NCBI GenBank assembly: GCA_002423545.1
Contig: DIWP01000048.1
Location: forward strand, 79,176 to 143,175
Direction: 5' to 3'
From: Thermoleophilia bacterium UBA6103
GTDB taxonomy: Bacteria; Actinomycetota; Thermoleophilia; UBA2241
Length of the DNA: 64,000 nt
Positions 9,762 to 20,595 of this stretch are shown here, piece by piece. The translations under genes were made by a program, and so were the position numbers. Below the pieces are notes generated by a model. It was not told the origin of the DNA. It ran no database searches and saw only the letters and a program-made list of their open reading frames with translations. Numbering within the stretch: position 1 is the first letter of the stretch; every line of letters begins with the position of its first letter.

Positions 9762-10142
9762 ATGAGCAAGCGTGCCGTCACATCGCATCTGGCCGGCGGA
9801 ACAGGCGGGCCGTTCCCAGCGGCCGCCGACACGGGCAAGCACGTGTTCGTGTCGATGCAGCTGCCGGTCGACGCTCACGGCAGACTGGTGGACGGCCCGG
9901 CGGCACAGCAGGCGTCCCGGGTCCTCGAGAACATCCGCCTGCACCTGCAGGTCGTCGGGCTGCGTCTCGACGACATCGTGCAGATGACGTTCTACCTCAC
10001 CGACCTTGCCGATCTGCAGCCGGTCGACGCGGCGCTGGGCGCAGCCTTCGCGGCGCCGCTGCCGACCCGCACCGTGGTCGCCGTCGCCGACCTGCCGGTG
10101 GGCGCGGCGGTCGGTGTCGAGGCTGTCGCCGTCCGCTACTGA
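9762..10142 (+). CDS. second RidA/YjgF-family protein
   Basis: Same fold signature (VFVSMQLPVD...MTFYLTDLADLQPV...PTRTVVAVADLPVGAAVGVEAVA). A tandem paralog of the preceding gene. Confidence 0.82.
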   Translation: MSKRAVTSHLAGGTGGPFPAAADTGKHVFVSMQLPVDAHGRLVDGPAAQQASRVLENIRLHLQVVGLRLDDIVQMTFYLTDLADLQPVDAALGAAFAAPLPTRTVVAVADLPVGAAVGVEAVAVRY

Positions 10143-10440
10143 CGGTCCGGCGACGGCCGTCCGGCGTCGCGGACACGGCCGACGCTGCGTCCGGCGCCTC
10201 ACGAGAGCAGGACGCGGCAGCGGTCCGGCGCGGACCGGTCGGGAGGTCCCTCGACGGACCGGAGGAGCGTCCACTGACGGCCCGGCGGCGGCCCCGCGGT
10301 CACCGCGGACGTTCGGCACGTGACGACCGCGAGTGGCAGGCGGCCGTCGCGGCAGGCTGTGAGAGAATCGCCGGCAGCAGGGCATCGCCCGGCGCCGTGA
10401 CCACCGCTCGTGGCGCCGGACCACGACCGGAGGCGTCGAG

Positions 10441-11748
10441 ATGATCGAGCGTTACACCTTGCCCGAGATGGGCGGAATCTGGACCGACGAGGCGAGGATG
10501 CACGCCTGGCTGCAGGTCGAGATCGCCGCCGTCAAGGCCTGGGCGCAGCTCGGCAAGGTACCACCGGAGGCGGTCGCCGAGATCGAGGCCCGGGCCGACT
10601 TCGACGTCGCCCGCGTCAACGAGATCGAACAGACGACCAACCACGACGTCATCGCGTTCCTCACCAACGTCGCCGAGCACGTCGGCGAGTCGAGCAAGTA
10701 CATCCACTACGGCATGACGAGCAGCGACATGCTCGACACCGGCCTGGCGCTGCAGATCAAGGCCGCCGGTGAGCTGCTGCAGCGGGACCTCTCGGCACTC
10801 GGCGTGGTGCTCAAGCGCCGCGCCCTGGAGTACCGCGACGCGGTGCAGGTGGGCCGCACCCACGGCGTGCACGCCGAGCCGATCACCTTCGGCATGAAGC
10901 TCGGCATCTGGGCCTTCGAGGCACGCCGCGACCTCGACCGCCTGCGGCACGCCACGGACGAGGCCGCCGTGGGCAAGATCAGCGGCGCCGTGGGCGCCTA
11001 CAACCACATCGACCCGCGCGTGGAGGAGCTGGTCTGCGGCGAGCTCGGCATCGGCTTCGAGCCGATCTCCAGCCAGGTGGTCCAGCGCGACCGGATCGCC
11101 TGGTTCCTGAACGCCGTCGCCGTCACCGGGGCAAGCATCGAGAAGATGGCCATCGAGGTCCGCCATCTGCAGCGCACCGAGGTCCGCGAGGCCGAGGAGG
11201 CGTTCGGCAAGGGGCAGAAGGGCTCCTCGGCGATGCCGCACAAGCGCAATCCGATCCTCAGCGAACGCATGGCCGGCTGCGCCCGCGTGCTGCGCGCCAA
11301 CGCCATGGTCGGCCTGGAGAACATCGCGCTCTGGCACGAGAGGGACATCAGCCACAGCAGCGCCGAGCGCATCGTGCTGCCGGACAGCTGCATCCTGCTC
11401 GACTACATGCTGCAGAAGTGGACGAAGCTCGTCGACGGGCTGATCGTCGACACCGAGCGCATGCGCGCCAACCTCGACCTCAGCCACCGGCTGGTCTTCA
11501 GCGAGGCGATGCTGCTGGCGCTCATCGACACAGGCATGCTGCGCGAGGACGCCTACAGGGTGGTGCAGGAGAGCGCCATGACGGCCTGGCAGGAGGGCCG
11601 CGACTTCGGCGAACTGATCGCGGCCAACCCGGGAGTCCAGGCCGTGATGAGCGCCGACGAGGTCGCCGCCGTGCTCGACCCGGGCCGCCACGCCGCCGGG
11701 CGCGACGTGATCTTCGGCCGTCTCGAGGCGCTCTCGTTCGACGACTGA
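10441..11748 (+). CDS. purB: adenylosuccinate lyase
   Basis: MIERYTLPEM..IW......GRTHGVHAEPITFG...GSSAMPHKRNP (fumarate-lyase signature). Confidence 0.97.
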   Translation: MIERYTLPEMGGIWTDEARMHAWLQVEIAAVKAWAQLGKVPPEAVAEIEARADFDVARVNEIEQTTNHDVIAFLTNVAEHVGESSKYIHYGMTSSDMLDTGLALQIKAAGELLQRDLSALGVVLKRRALEYRDAVQVGRTHGVHAEPITFGMKLGIWAFEARRDLDRLRHATDEAAVGKISGAVGAYNHIDPRVEELVCGELGIGFEPISSQVVQRDRIAWFLNAVAVTGASIEKMAIEVRHLQRTEVREAEEAFGKGQKGSSAMPHKRNPILSERMAGCARVLRANAMVGLENIALWHERDISHSSAERIVLPDSCILLDYMLQKWTKLVDGLIVDTERMRANLDLSHRLVFSEAMLLALIDTGMLREDAYRVVQESAMTAWQEGRDFGELIAANPGVQAVMSADEVAAVLDPGRHAAGRDVIFGRLEALSFDD

Positions 11749-12081
11749 CCGCAGGGGCTGCCGAAGGGAGGCTCACCGGTCTGCCGGTCTGCACCTTCGA
11801 CGCTGGCTTTCCAGCATCTCGGCGTCGAGACACAGGCACCCGGCTGACCGTCGGTGGCCCCGTCGGTCAGACATCGCCGAGGCCGACGCCGCCGGCCGAC
11901 AGGAACCATGCCTTCTTCTGCAGCGGCGTGAGCTTCACCCGACCGCCCGCGGCAGAGCTGGTGTGCACGGATCTCTCCTCTCATCGGAGACCCCGGGACG
12001 TCCCCTACCAAGGCGCCCGTGATCTGTGTTCTCCTCTCGGCGACTGCTGCGCCGCCGGCGCTGCGGCGCTTCGACCCTCTC

Positions 12082-13347
12082 TCAGATCGGATCACGCAGG
12101 ATCGGGCAGCTCATGCAGTGCCCGCCGCCACGACCGCGGCCAAGCTCGAAGCCCGGCATGGTGAGGACCTCGATGCCGGCATCGCGCATCTTCTGCACCG
12201 TGTACGTGTTGCGCTCGTAGGCCACCACCACGCCCGGCTCGAGCGCCAGGGTGTTGTTGGCGTCGTCCCACTGCTCGCGTTCCTGCTCATACCTGTTACC
12301 GCCGGTGGAGACCACACGCAGCGGACCCACGTCGAGCGCATCCGTGACGGCCTCGATGAAGCCGGGCTCCACGGTGACGTCGAAAGCGCCCTCCTTGTCC
12401 GCCGGGCGCAAGCTGATGGCCGTGATGTTGTCGGTCACCTGCGTGTACGCGGTCACGACGTCACGGTCGAGCATCGTGAAGACCGTGTCGAGGTGCATGT
12501 GGGCGCGGTCGCGGCCCATGCCGCAGGCGATGACCCGCTCCACGGCTGCCGCAGCGAACAACTGCCTGGCGACCGCTTCGATCATCTCCCACGAGGTCCG
12601 CTCGCTCATGCCGATGAGGACGGTGCCGTTGCCGATCGGCTGCACGTCGCCGCCCTCCATGGAGGCATGGCCGAAGTCGGTGGCGTGCAGACGCGCATGC
12701 TCGTCGAGCCCCGGATACCAGAAGTGGAAGCCGGCGTCGGCGAACATGGGGTGGAACTTGTAGATGGCCAGCATGTTGAAGGCCTCGCGGCGGCGGGCCG
12801 GCCAGTACATAGGATTCACCGTGACGCCACCGTAGATCCAGTCAGACGAGTCGCGCGTGAACAGGGAGTTGGGCAGCGGCGGCAGGATGAAAGCCGCCGC
12901 ATCCCGGCCGACCCAGGCGGCCCCCAGCGAGCGGCCGGCCAGCGCCGACACGTCGACTCTGGTCTCGGCCACCGTGAGGCCGCCGGTGAGGTGCTTGGCG
13001 AGCTGATCCGGCTTCATGGCCTCCAGATAGGCGCCGATCTCGTCGACCAGCGACCAGCCGACCGTGTACGGCGTGCAGACCTGACCGATGATCCATTTCC
13101 TGGCCTCTTCGCCGGCCGCGAAGGTCTCGGTGAGCAGATCGTGGACGTCGAAGACCTCGATACCGCGGTCGCGCATGATCTTGACGAACTGGTCGTGCTC
13201 CCACTGCGCGCGTTCCACCCAGATGACATCGTCGAAGAGCAGGTCGTCGTGGTTGGCGGGAGTCAGCCTTTTCTGTGAGAGGTCGGGCCGGCAGACGATG
13301 ACCTTGCGCAGCTTGCCGCACTCCGACTGGACGCTGTAGGTTGCCAT
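12082..13347 (-). CDS. arcA: arginine deiminase
   Basis: [14 protein letters not shown]...FTRDS... and C-terminal [13 protein letters not shown] (catalytic Cys). The ATG at 13347 gives MATYSVQSE. The ORF is open to 13380. Confidence 0.96.
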   Translation of the reverse strand: MATYSVQSECGKLRKVIVCRPDLSQKRLTPANHDDLLFDDVIWVERAQWEHDQFVKIMRDRGIEVFDVHDLLTETFAAGEEARKWIIGQVCTPYTVGWSLVDEIGAYLEAMKPDQLAKHLTGGLTVAETRVDVSALAGRSLGAAWVGRDAAAFILPPLPNSLFTRDSSDWIYGGVTVNPMYWPARRREAFNMLAIYKFHPMFADAGFHFWYPGLDEHARLHATDFGHASMEGGDVQPIGNGTVLIGMSERTSWEMIEAVARQLFAAAAVERVIACGMGRDRAHMHLDTVFTMLDRDVVTAYTQVTDNITAISLRPADKEGAFDVTVEPGFIEAVTDALDVGPLRVVSTGGNRYEQEREQWDDANNTLALEPGVVVAYERNTYTVQKMRDAGIEVLTMPGFELGRGRGGGHCMSCPILRDPI

Positions 13348-13426
13348 CTCGTCTCTCTCCTTCTCTTGACGTCGGCCCACCCCGGTAGACCTCGACTCCT
13401 GACGACCCTGCCCGTCGCCCGTTCGA

Positions 13427-14341
13427 TCACTCCGGCACTACCTGCGTGCCCGCGTCGCCCTCCACGATCCGCTCGATGTCTTTGAGCGCCCCGATCGCCG
13501 CTCTGTTGCCGGTGGCGTCGACGAAGTGGCACGCCGCCTCGACCTTCGGCCCCATGGAACCGGCCGGGAAGGAGTACCGGGCCAGCTCGGACGGGGTGGT
13601 CCTGCCCAGCCGCCGCTGTTCCGGCGTACCCCAGTCGAGGTAGACGCCGTCGGCATCGGTGGCGACCACGAAGACATCGGCCTTCAGGTCGCGCGCCAGC
13701 AGCTCGCTGGCCCAGTCCTTGTCGATGACCGCCTCCACGCCGAGCAACGTCCGCGTCCCGTCGGCCGAGTAGGCGGTGGGGATGCCACCGCCGCCGGCGC
13801 AGATGACCACCGTGCCTTTCTCCAGCAGCCAGCGGACGGTGCGGATCTCGAAGATGCGCTTCGGCTTCGGCGAGGGCACGACCCGTCGCCAGGCGTCGCC
13901 GTCCTGCTTGAACGTCCACCCCTTCTCGGCGGCGAGCGTGTCGGCCGTAGCCTTGTCGTAGACCGGGCCGACGAACTTGGTCGGGTCCTTGAAGGCCGGA
14001 TCGTCGGGGTCCACCTCGATCTGCGTGAGCAGGGTCGCGAACGGGGTCTCGAAGGGCAGCAGGTTGCCGAGCTCCTGCTCGATCATGTAGCCGATCATGC
14101 CTTCCGTCTGGGCATCGAGGACATCGAGCGGGTACGGTTCGACGGCCGTGTAGGCCTGCGACTGCAGCGCCAGCAGGCCCACCTGGGGGCCGTTGCCGTG
14201 ACTCAGCACCAGCTGGTGCTTCTCAGCCACCGGGACCAGCTGCCGACAGGCCACGCGGACGTTCTCACGCTGCATCTCGGCGGTCATCGGCTGGCCGCGC
14301 TGCAGCAGCGCGTTGCCGCCGAGCGCCGTCACCACGAGCAT
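13427..14341 (-). CDS. arcC: carbamate kinase
   Basis: [17 protein letters not shown]...THGNGPQVG...ICAGGGGIP...VIDKD. Confidence 0.96.
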   Translation of the reverse strand: MLVVTALGGNALLQRGQPMTAEMQRENVRVACRQLVPVAEKHQLVLSHGNGPQVGLLALQSQAYTAVEPYPLDVLDAQTEGMIGYMIEQELGNLLPFETPFATLLTQIEVDPDDPAFKDPTKFVGPVYDKATADTLAAEKGWTFKQDGDAWRRVVPSPKPKRIFEIRTVRWLLEKGTVVICAGGGGIPTAYSADGTRTLLGVEAVIDKDWASELLARDLKADVFVVATDADGVYLDWGTPEQRRLGRTTPSELARYSFPAGSMGPKVEAACHFVDATGNRAAIGALKDIERIVEGDAGTQVVPE

Positions 14342-14429
14342 CTCGATCTCCTCTCGTCCGCGGGTCTCGGATCTCGATCCGGAGCACTCATGCCTGCATC
14401 CTCGGTCGCTGCCGCCTCCGCGACGCCGC

Positions 14430-15431
14430 TCACGCCCCCAGCGTGGCGACCATCACCGCCTTGATCGTGTGCATGCGGTTCTCGGCCTCGGCGAACACGA
14501 TGGAGGCCGGCGACTCGAAGACCTCCTCGGAGACCTCCATGCAGTCGATGCCGTACTTCTCGAAGATCTGCTCACCCACCTCGGTCTGGCGGTTGTGGAA
14601 AGCCGGCAGGCAGTGCATGAACTTCGTGTCGGGGTTGCCGGTCTTCTTCATCACGTCGGTCGTGATGCGGTACGGCGTGAGCAGCTCGATACGCTGCTGC
14701 CACACGTCGTCTGGCTCGCCCATCGAGACCCAGACGTCGCTGTAGAGGAAGTCCGCGCCCTTGACCCCCTCGGCCACGTCGTCGGTGATCGTCAGGCGGG
14801 CGCCGGTCTGGCCGGCGATCTCCCGGCATTGGGCCACCAGCTGCTCGCCGGGCCACAACGACTTCGGCCCGCAGAGACGCACGTCCATGCCGAGCTTGCA
14901 GCCGCCGACCATCAGCGAGTTGCCCATGTTGTTGCGCGAGTCGCCGAGGAAGCAGTAGGCGATCTGGCGCAGGGGCTTGTCGGAGTGCTCGGTCATGGTG
15001 AGGATGTCGCAGAGGATCTGGGTGGGGTGGAACTCGTCGGTGAGGCCGTTGTAGACAGGCACGCCGGCGTACTCAGCCAACTCTTCGACCACGTCCTGGC
15101 CGAAGCCGCGGTACTCGATGGCGTCGTACATGTGGCCGAGCACGCGGGCGGTGTCCTTCATCGATTCCTTGTGGCCGATCTGCGAGCCGCTGGGACCCAG
15201 GTAGGTGACGTGCGCGCCCTGGTCGTAGGCGGCCACCTCGAAGGCGCAGCGGGTCCGCGTGGAGCTCTTCTCGAAGATCAGGGCGATGTTCTTGCCCTTC
15301 AGCCGCGGCTCTTCGTAACCGCCGTACTTGGCAGCCTTCAGGTCGGCGGCCAGCTTGATCAGGAAGCGGATCTCATCGGGCGTGAGGTCGAGCAACTTGA
15401 CGAAATGGCGGTCACGCAGATTGAAGGCCAT
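14430..15431 (-). CDS. arcB: ornithine carbamoyltransferase (catabolic context)
   Basis: [23 protein letters not shown] motifs. Lies between arcC and the carrier gene. Confidence 0.96.
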   Translation of the reverse strand: MAFNLRDRHFVKLLDLTPDEIRFLIKLAADLKAAKYGGYEEPRLKGKNIALIFEKSSTRTRCAFEVAAYDQGAHVTYLGPSGSQIGHKESMKDTARVLGHMYDAIEYRGFGQDVVEELAEYAGVPVYNGLTDEFHPTQILCDILTMTEHSDKPLRQIAYCFLGDSRNNMGNSLMVGGCKLGMDVRLCGPKSLWPGEQLVAQCREIAGQTGARLTITDDVAEGVKGADFLYSDVWVSMGEPDDVWQQRIELLTPYRITTDVMKKTGNPDTKFMHCLPAFHNRQTEVGEQIFEKYGIDCMEVSEEVFESPASIVFAEAENRMHTIKAVMVATLGA

Positions 15432-15514
15432 GGCGGTCCCCTCCTCGAGTCGGTCTCGATCGAAGCGGCGCGCACTCCGTCACGGTGCACGCCTCATGCA
15501 TATATGTATGCATC

Positions 15515-17041
15515 CTATGCGATGGCCGCCGCCAGGCCGAGGACGGCGAAGTTGATGACCATGAGGATCGCCAGCAGCGGCCACAGGAAGCGCCAGAGCG
15601 TCCCGTAGCCGACCATCGCGATGGCGATGCCGCCCATGACCACGGCGGACGTGGGCGTCACCAGGTTCACGATGCCGGAGGCCGACTGGTAGGCGGTGAT
15701 CAGCAGCGCCGACGAGACGCCGGCGAAGCCGGCCAGCGGGGCGAAGATGGGCATGGTCACCGCGGCCAGCCCCGAGGTCGACGGGATCAGGAACGACAAC
15801 GGGATGTAGAGGATGTAGATGATGGTGATGAAGGCGATGCCGCCGACGCCGCCGACGGCCTGCTCCGACCAGTAGAGCACCGTGTCGGTGATGTTGCCGT
15901 TGTTCATGATGACCGTGACGCCGCGGGCGATGCCGATGATCAGCGCCACGCCCAGCAGGTCGCTGGCGCCGGAGACGAACGAGCCGACGAGCTTCTCCTC
16001 CGAGAGTCCGCCGGCGATGCCGATGAGGATGGCGAAGGCCAGGAACGAGGCGGTCATCTCGGGGAACCACCAGCCGAGCGTGGGAAACGGGATGTGCAGG
16101 GCGTCCCACGGCACGATGCCGTAGATCATGACGATGAACGCCAGAGCGAACAGGGTGATGACGATCTTGCGTCGCAACGTGAACTCGCCCAGAGCGTCGT
16201 CGCCGTCGCTCTCCACCAGGTACTTCTTCTCAAGCTCCGCTTTCTTGTCGAAGACCAGCGAGCGGGTGGGGTCGTCCTTGACGCGCTTGGCGTAGCGCAT
16301 CACGAACAGGATGCCGGCGACGAGGCTGAGGACCAGGATGATGATGCGCGGCAGGGCGCCGTCGCTGATCGAGACGTCGGCGAACCCGGAGGCGATGCCG
16401 GTGGCGAACGGGTTGATCGTGGAGCCCATGGTGCCGATGCCGGCGCCCAGGAGCAGTATCGCCGAGGCGACCAGGGAGTCGTAGCCGGCGGCCAGCATCA
16501 CAGCGATGATCAACGGATAGAAGGCGAGCGTCTCCTCCGCCATCCCGAACGTGGTGCCGCCGAGTGCGAACAGGACCATGAGCACGGGGATCATCCACTT
16601 CTCGCGCCCGCGCATCTTCTTGACCACCCTGGCGATGCCGGCGTTGATGGCGCCGGTCGTCATGGTCACCCCCAGAAAGCCGCCGATGACGATCACGAAG
16701 AACGCGACCCCGATGGCGCCGAAAAGGGTACCCACGGTGTCGCTGTTCGTGTTGATGGCGCCCTTGTCGTCCTCCAGGCCGTACGTGCCGGTGATCGGCG
16801 CCCGCAGCGTGTCGAAGAAGGGGTTCTGCGGCGTCTGGTCCACCCGGTGATAGGTGTCCGGAACGGGCTCGCCGTCCTTGTTGTACTTATAGCTGCCGGC
16901 CGGGATGACGTAGGTGAGGATCGTCATGACGACGATGAGCAGGAAGAGGATCGTGTACGCCGTCGGGAACTTGAAGTGGTGCTTTCGCCCGGGCTCCGGC
17001 AGCGGTCCCACCGAGTCACCCGAGCCCGTATCACCCGACAT
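15515..17041 (-). CDS. YfcC-family polytopic carrier, putative arginine/ornithine antiporter of the ADI operon
   Basis: 508-aa membrane protein of the YfcC / C4-dicarboxylate-anaerobic-carrier type. It is the first gene of the arc operon. GAGGAGGG lies upstream of the ATG. Confidence 0.88.
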   Translation of the reverse strand: MSGDTGSGDSVGPLPEPGRKHHFKFPTAYTILFLLIVVMTILTYVIPAGSYKYNKDGEPVPDTYHRVDQTPQNPFFDTLRAPITGTYGLEDDKGAINTNSDTVGTLFGAIGVAFFVIVIGGFLGVTMTTGAINAGIARVVKKMRGREKWMIPVLMVLFALGGTTFGMAEETLAFYPLIIAVMLAAGYDSLVASAILLLGAGIGTMGSTINPFATGIASGFADVSISDGALPRIIILVLSLVAGILFVMRYAKRVKDDPTRSLVFDKKAELEKKYLVESDGDDALGEFTLRRKIVITLFALAFIVMIYGIVPWDALHIPFPTLGWWFPEMTASFLAFAILIGIAGGLSEEKLVGSFVSGASDLLGVALIIGIARGVTVIMNNGNITDTVLYWSEQAVGGVGGIAFITIIYILYIPLSFLIPSTSGLAAVTMPIFAPLAGFAGVSSALLITAYQSASGIVNLVTPTSAVVMGGIAIAMVGYGTLWRFLWPLLAILMVINFAVLGLAAAIA

Positions 17042-17363
17042 GGTCCGCCCTCCTCGCTCTCCGACTCAGATGCCGCACGCCATGTTCTGCATGCCGGCAC
17101 GAGCACCGCGTCAGGATGCCGGGAGCATCCGGTGAGTCCGATCCGTAGCCTGACCGGGCCCCGCGGCGTACTGCCTGTGCCGCTCCGCCGAGTGATTCGA
17201 CAGTTGGCGGCCGGGACTTGACTTTTCGTTTTCGGCGCCCGACCTCCGGCCCCTGTCCCGACGACGCCGGGATTCTGCTGAAGGTCTCCAGTCCAACTGC
17301 CGATACCTTCCACGACAGCAGTCCGCCGTGCTTTCAGCCGGCGGCGGCCCCGTTCGGGATCTC

Positions 17364-17397
17364 GTGGGCGACCGCGGCCGCGGCCGCGGTCGCCCAC
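17364..17397. repeat. perfect 34-bp palindrome
   Basis: GTGGGCGACCGCGGCCGCGGCCGCGGTCGCCCAC equals its own reverse complement (checked base by base). It ends 22 nt upstream of the ATG at 17420. Confidence 0.9.
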
Positions 17398-17419
17398 TGT
17401 GCGTCGAGGAGGATGCGGG

Positions 17420-18265
17420 ATGGCGATCTGCCCGGGTTGTGGAAAGGAGATCCGCGACGACATCTGGGTCTGTGGGCACTGCGGCGCCCTGGTCGCCGGT
17501 GGTGCACCGTCATCTCCCGGCGGGAGATACGGCGGCGCCGGCGCGGCCGCCGGGTGGTCTGCCTCGGCGGGGCCGACGGCCGACCCCGCCGCGGGGGTGG
17601 CACCATCTGTCGCCGGCGGCGCGCTGGCCTATGCCGGGCCGCCGGCCGGCGGCGCGGGGCTGCCGGGGGGCGCGATCGGGTTCGGCGAACAGCCGCTGCC
17701 GAGCGCTGCGCCCGCCGCGCCACGGAAGGCCGAGAGCCGCGGCGCCTCCCGCTCCGTCGTCATCGCGGCCATCGCCGGCTTCCTTGCCGTGGCCGCCATC
17801 ATCGCCGTCTGGTTCTTCGTGTTGCGCGGCGGAGGCGGCGACATCAGCCCCTATGTAGGGCAGTGGCAGATCACGGTGCCGGGCACCGCCATGGCGCAGA
17901 CGCTCACCATCGCCGATGTCGACGGTCAGGCCGAACTCACGATGGCAGTCTCGCAGATGGGACAGACGGCCGGGCAGATGCCCGGACAGATCGCCGGTCC
18001 GTACAAGATGGAGCTCGACGGCGACCGCCTGTACACGACCTTTGAGCCCACAGACGACGCCAGCGAGGAACAGAAGGCGGCGGCCGAGATGATCACATCG
18101 GCGTTCGGCGCCATGGTCGACGATTTCAAGATGGTGTTCACACGCGGCTCGAGTCCCGACGTCCTCACCCTGTCGATCGAGGGCGACCTCAAGAACGGCG
18201 TCGGGAGCCTGGCGGCGCTCGGCGGGCAGGAGACCCAGCTCAGCCGGGTGCCGGAAACGCAGTGA
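17420..18265 (+). CDS. zinc-ribbon / single-TM protein with an extracytoplasmic domain (hypothetical)
   Basis: N-terminal CPGCG...CGHCG ribbon, an Ala/Gly/Pro linker, a TM helix (VVIAAIAGFLAVAAIIAVWFFVL), and a C-terminal domain of about 150 aa. GAGGAGGA lies 6 nt upstream of the ATG. Confidence 0.6.
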   Translation: MAICPGCGKEIRDDIWVCGHCGALVAGGAPSSPGGRYGGAGAAAGWSASAGPTADPAAGVAPSVAGGALAYAGPPAGGAGLPGGAIGFGEQPLPSAAPAAPRKAESRGASRSVVIAAIAGFLAVAAIIAVWFFVLRGGGGDISPYVGQWQITVPGTAMAQTLTIADVDGQAELTMAVSQMGQTAGQMPGQIAGPYKMELDGDRLYTTFEPTDDASEEQKAAAEMITSAFGAMVDDFKMVFTRGSSPDVLTLSIEGDLKNGVGSLAALGGQETQLSRVPETQ

Positions 18266-18343
18266 CACCGTGATCCGGCCGCGGCGCGGCGACTGTGCCG
18301 GCCGCGCGAAGCCGCTCGCGGCGACGCTCGCCCGACGATGTCG

Positions 18344-19210
18344 TCAGCCGGCGGACGCCCCGCTGCGGCGGCGCAGATAGGCGCGCGCCTGCTCGCGCAG
18401 CCGCTCGCGGCCGAACGGCGCGCCGTGCCCCGCATACACGGTCTCGACCGGCAGCTCCAGCAGACGCCGCATCGTGGCGCAGTAGTCGGCGATGCTGGAG
18501 CCATCCAGCTCGTCGAGCAGCGCCCCCCTGTAGATGACGTCGCCGGCGAAGAGCGTCCCCGACAGCTCCTCCCAGAGTCCGATCGAACCCGGTGAGTGCC
18601 CGGGCAGATGGAGCACCCGGAAACGGTGATCGCCGAGGTCGACCATATCGCCCTCGCCCATCTGCAGCGCCGGCACCGCCGGGACGACGGTGTGCTCCGC
18701 AGGCCGAAAGCCCGCCGTCGGCAGCGCCGAGATCAGCAGACCGTCGCGCGGCACGCCGGCAGCCGACGCAGCGGCGGGCACAGCCCCTCCGGCCAAGACG
18801 TCTTCGGCCTCCCCTGCCGCCAGTGCCTTCCACAAGTCAGGCGAATACTCGTCGGCCAGCAACGGGTGCCAGTCGCTCTCGTCACTCAGCCAGGCCGCCT
18901 CGGCGGGATGCACGATCCGCGGCCAGAACCGATGGGCGCCGCCGTGGTGGTCGGCGTGCACGTGCGTGAGAAACAGCAGAAGCGGCCGCTCGCCGGCGAG
19001 GCCCCAGCCGGCCAGCGTCGCCAGCAGATCGCCGAGACCCATGCCGGCGTCGACGAGCAGGTCTGACTCGCGGCCGCGGACGTGCCAGATGTTGGCCTGC
19101 ATCAGGTCGTGGACGTGCGGCTCCCAGATCCGTGTGATGCCGTCGGCGACCTGCTCGGCGGCGAACCACTCCTCGGCCACCGGAAGCTCACGCCCGCCGC
19201 CGTGGGTCAT
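18344..19210 (-). CDS. MBL-fold metallo-hydrolase
   Basis: HxHxDH motif (LTHVHADHHGG), a later HLPGHSPG, and a C-terminal YAGHG. The ATG at 19210 is preceded by GGAGG. The ORF is open to 19255. Confidence 0.85.
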   Translation of the reverse strand: MTHGGGRELPVAEEWFAAEQVADGITRIWEPHVHDLMQANIWHVRGRESDLLVDAGMGLGDLLATLAGWGLAGERPLLLFLTHVHADHHGGAHRFWPRIVHPAEAAWLSDESDWHPLLADEYSPDLWKALAAGEAEDVLAGGAVPAAASAAGVPRDGLLISALPTAGFRPAEHTVVPAVPALQMGEGDMVDLGDHRFRVLHLPGHSPGSIGLWEELSGTLFAGDVIYRGALLDELDGSSIADYCATMRRLLELPVETVYAGHGAPFGRERLREQARAYLRRRSGASAG

Positions 19211-19255
19211 CGGGGTGCCTCCACAGCCATCACCGTTCGGCGCCGGCCGCGCCAC

Positions 19256-19549
19256 TCAGCTCGCCCCAGGTCCACGACCGCGCAGCTTCTCCATCTCCGC
19301 CTGGACATCGGCCTCGCTGACCTCTTTGCGTCCAAAGACGTCCCAGGCGTTGAAGGCCAGGCCGATGCCCCAGCCGATCATCACCCACATCGGCCAGAAG
19401 TAACCGCGGCTGGTCAGGTACCAGACAAGCACCAGGAACACGTTGACGATGACGTACGCGACCAGGTGCCCGTAGAAGTCCTTGCGCTTCTTGATGCGCT
19501 TGACCGCCGCCTCACGCAGCTGCTCGTCGGTCATCATGCCGTCGGCCAT
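19256..19549 (-). CDS. 2TM-domain small membrane protein
   Basis: KRIKKRKDFYGHLVAYVIVNVFLVLVWY....FWPMWVMIGWGIGLAFNAW pattern. The ATG at 19549 is preceded by GGAGGG. Confidence 0.6.
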   Translation of the reverse strand: MADGMMTDEQLREAAVKRIKKRKDFYGHLVAYVIVNVFLVLVWYLTSRGYFWPMWVMIGWGIGLAFNAWDVFGRKEVSEADVQAEMEKLRGRGPGAS

Positions 19550-19686
19550 CGTTCCCTCCAGGTCCGCACCGCGTCCGGTGCATACTATCGGCAACACGTC
19601 GCGCATCCCATGTGCGATGATGACGAAGCACCAAAGATCGCGGCGGCCGCTCAGCGGCGGCGCCGCCTCGCGCAACGGAGGGATCG

Positions 19687-20595
19687 ATGACAGACGTCGC
19701 CAACGCCCCGTCGGACGCACTCTTCGAGTCGCACGAGCCCGACCTTGAGCTGCTCGGTCGTGGCAAGGCGCGAGACATCTACCGGCTCGACGGCGGTGAT
19801 CTGCTCATCGTCACCAGCGACCGCATCTCGGCGTTCGACGTCATTCTGCCCACCCCCATCCCGGGCAAGGGCGTGGTCCTCAATGAGGTCTCCAACTTCT
19901 GGTTCGAGGCGACCCGGCATCTCATCGCCAATCACATCGTCGATCCCGACCCCTTCGCCGGCGTCGCCGGCAAGGAGCACCTGCGCGGGCGCTCAGTCGT
20001 GGTACGCCGGGCTCGCTCGCTGGCCATCGAGGCCATCGTGCGCGGCTACATCACCGGCTCCGGCTGGGCCGAGTACAAGGGCCGCGGCACCGTCTGCGGC
20101 ATCGGACTGCCGGCCGACCTCGAGGAGAGCCAGCAGCTTCCCGAGCCGCTGTTCACCCCGTCGACCAAGGCCGAACAGGGCGCTCACGATGAGAACATCA
20201 GCTTCGCGCAGGCCGCCGACATCGTCGGCCGCGAGACGGCCGAGGCCGTCCGCGACGCCAGCCTGTCGCTCTATACCTACGCTGCCGCCTACGCGCGCGA
20301 GCGCGGCATCATCATCGCCGACACCAAGTTCGAGTTCGGCTACCTCGACGACGGCTCGCTGATCCTCATCGACGAGGCGCTCACGCCGGACTCGTCCCGG
20401 TTCTGGCCGCTCGACGGCTTCGCCCCCGGCCGCTCGCAACCCAGTTTTGACAAGCAGTACGTTCGCGACTACCTGGAGAGCCTCGGCTGGGACAAGCAGC
20501 CGCCGGCGCCGGAGCTCCCCGAGGACGTCGTCCGCCGGACGGCAGAGAAGTACCGCGAGGCGCAGCGGCGGCTCACCGGACAGGAGGGTGTGTGA
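19687..20595 (+). CDS. purC: phosphoribosylaminoimidazole-succinocarboxamide synthase
   Basis: GKARDIY......LLIVTSDRISAFD...ADTKFEFG...LIDEALTPDSSRFW. Confidence 0.97.
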   Translation: MTDVANAPSDALFESHEPDLELLGRGKARDIYRLDGGDLLIVTSDRISAFDVILPTPIPGKGVVLNEVSNFWFEATRHLIANHIVDPDPFAGVAGKEHLRGRSVVVRRARSLAIEAIVRGYITGSGWAEYKGRGTVCGIGLPADLEESQQLPEPLFTPSTKAEQGAHDENISFAQAADIVGRETAEAVRDASLSLYTYAAAYARERGIIIADTKFEFGYLDDGSLILIDEALTPDSSRFWPLDGFAPGRSQPSFDKQYVRDYLESLGWDKQPPAPELPEDVVRRTAEKYREAQRRLTGQEGV

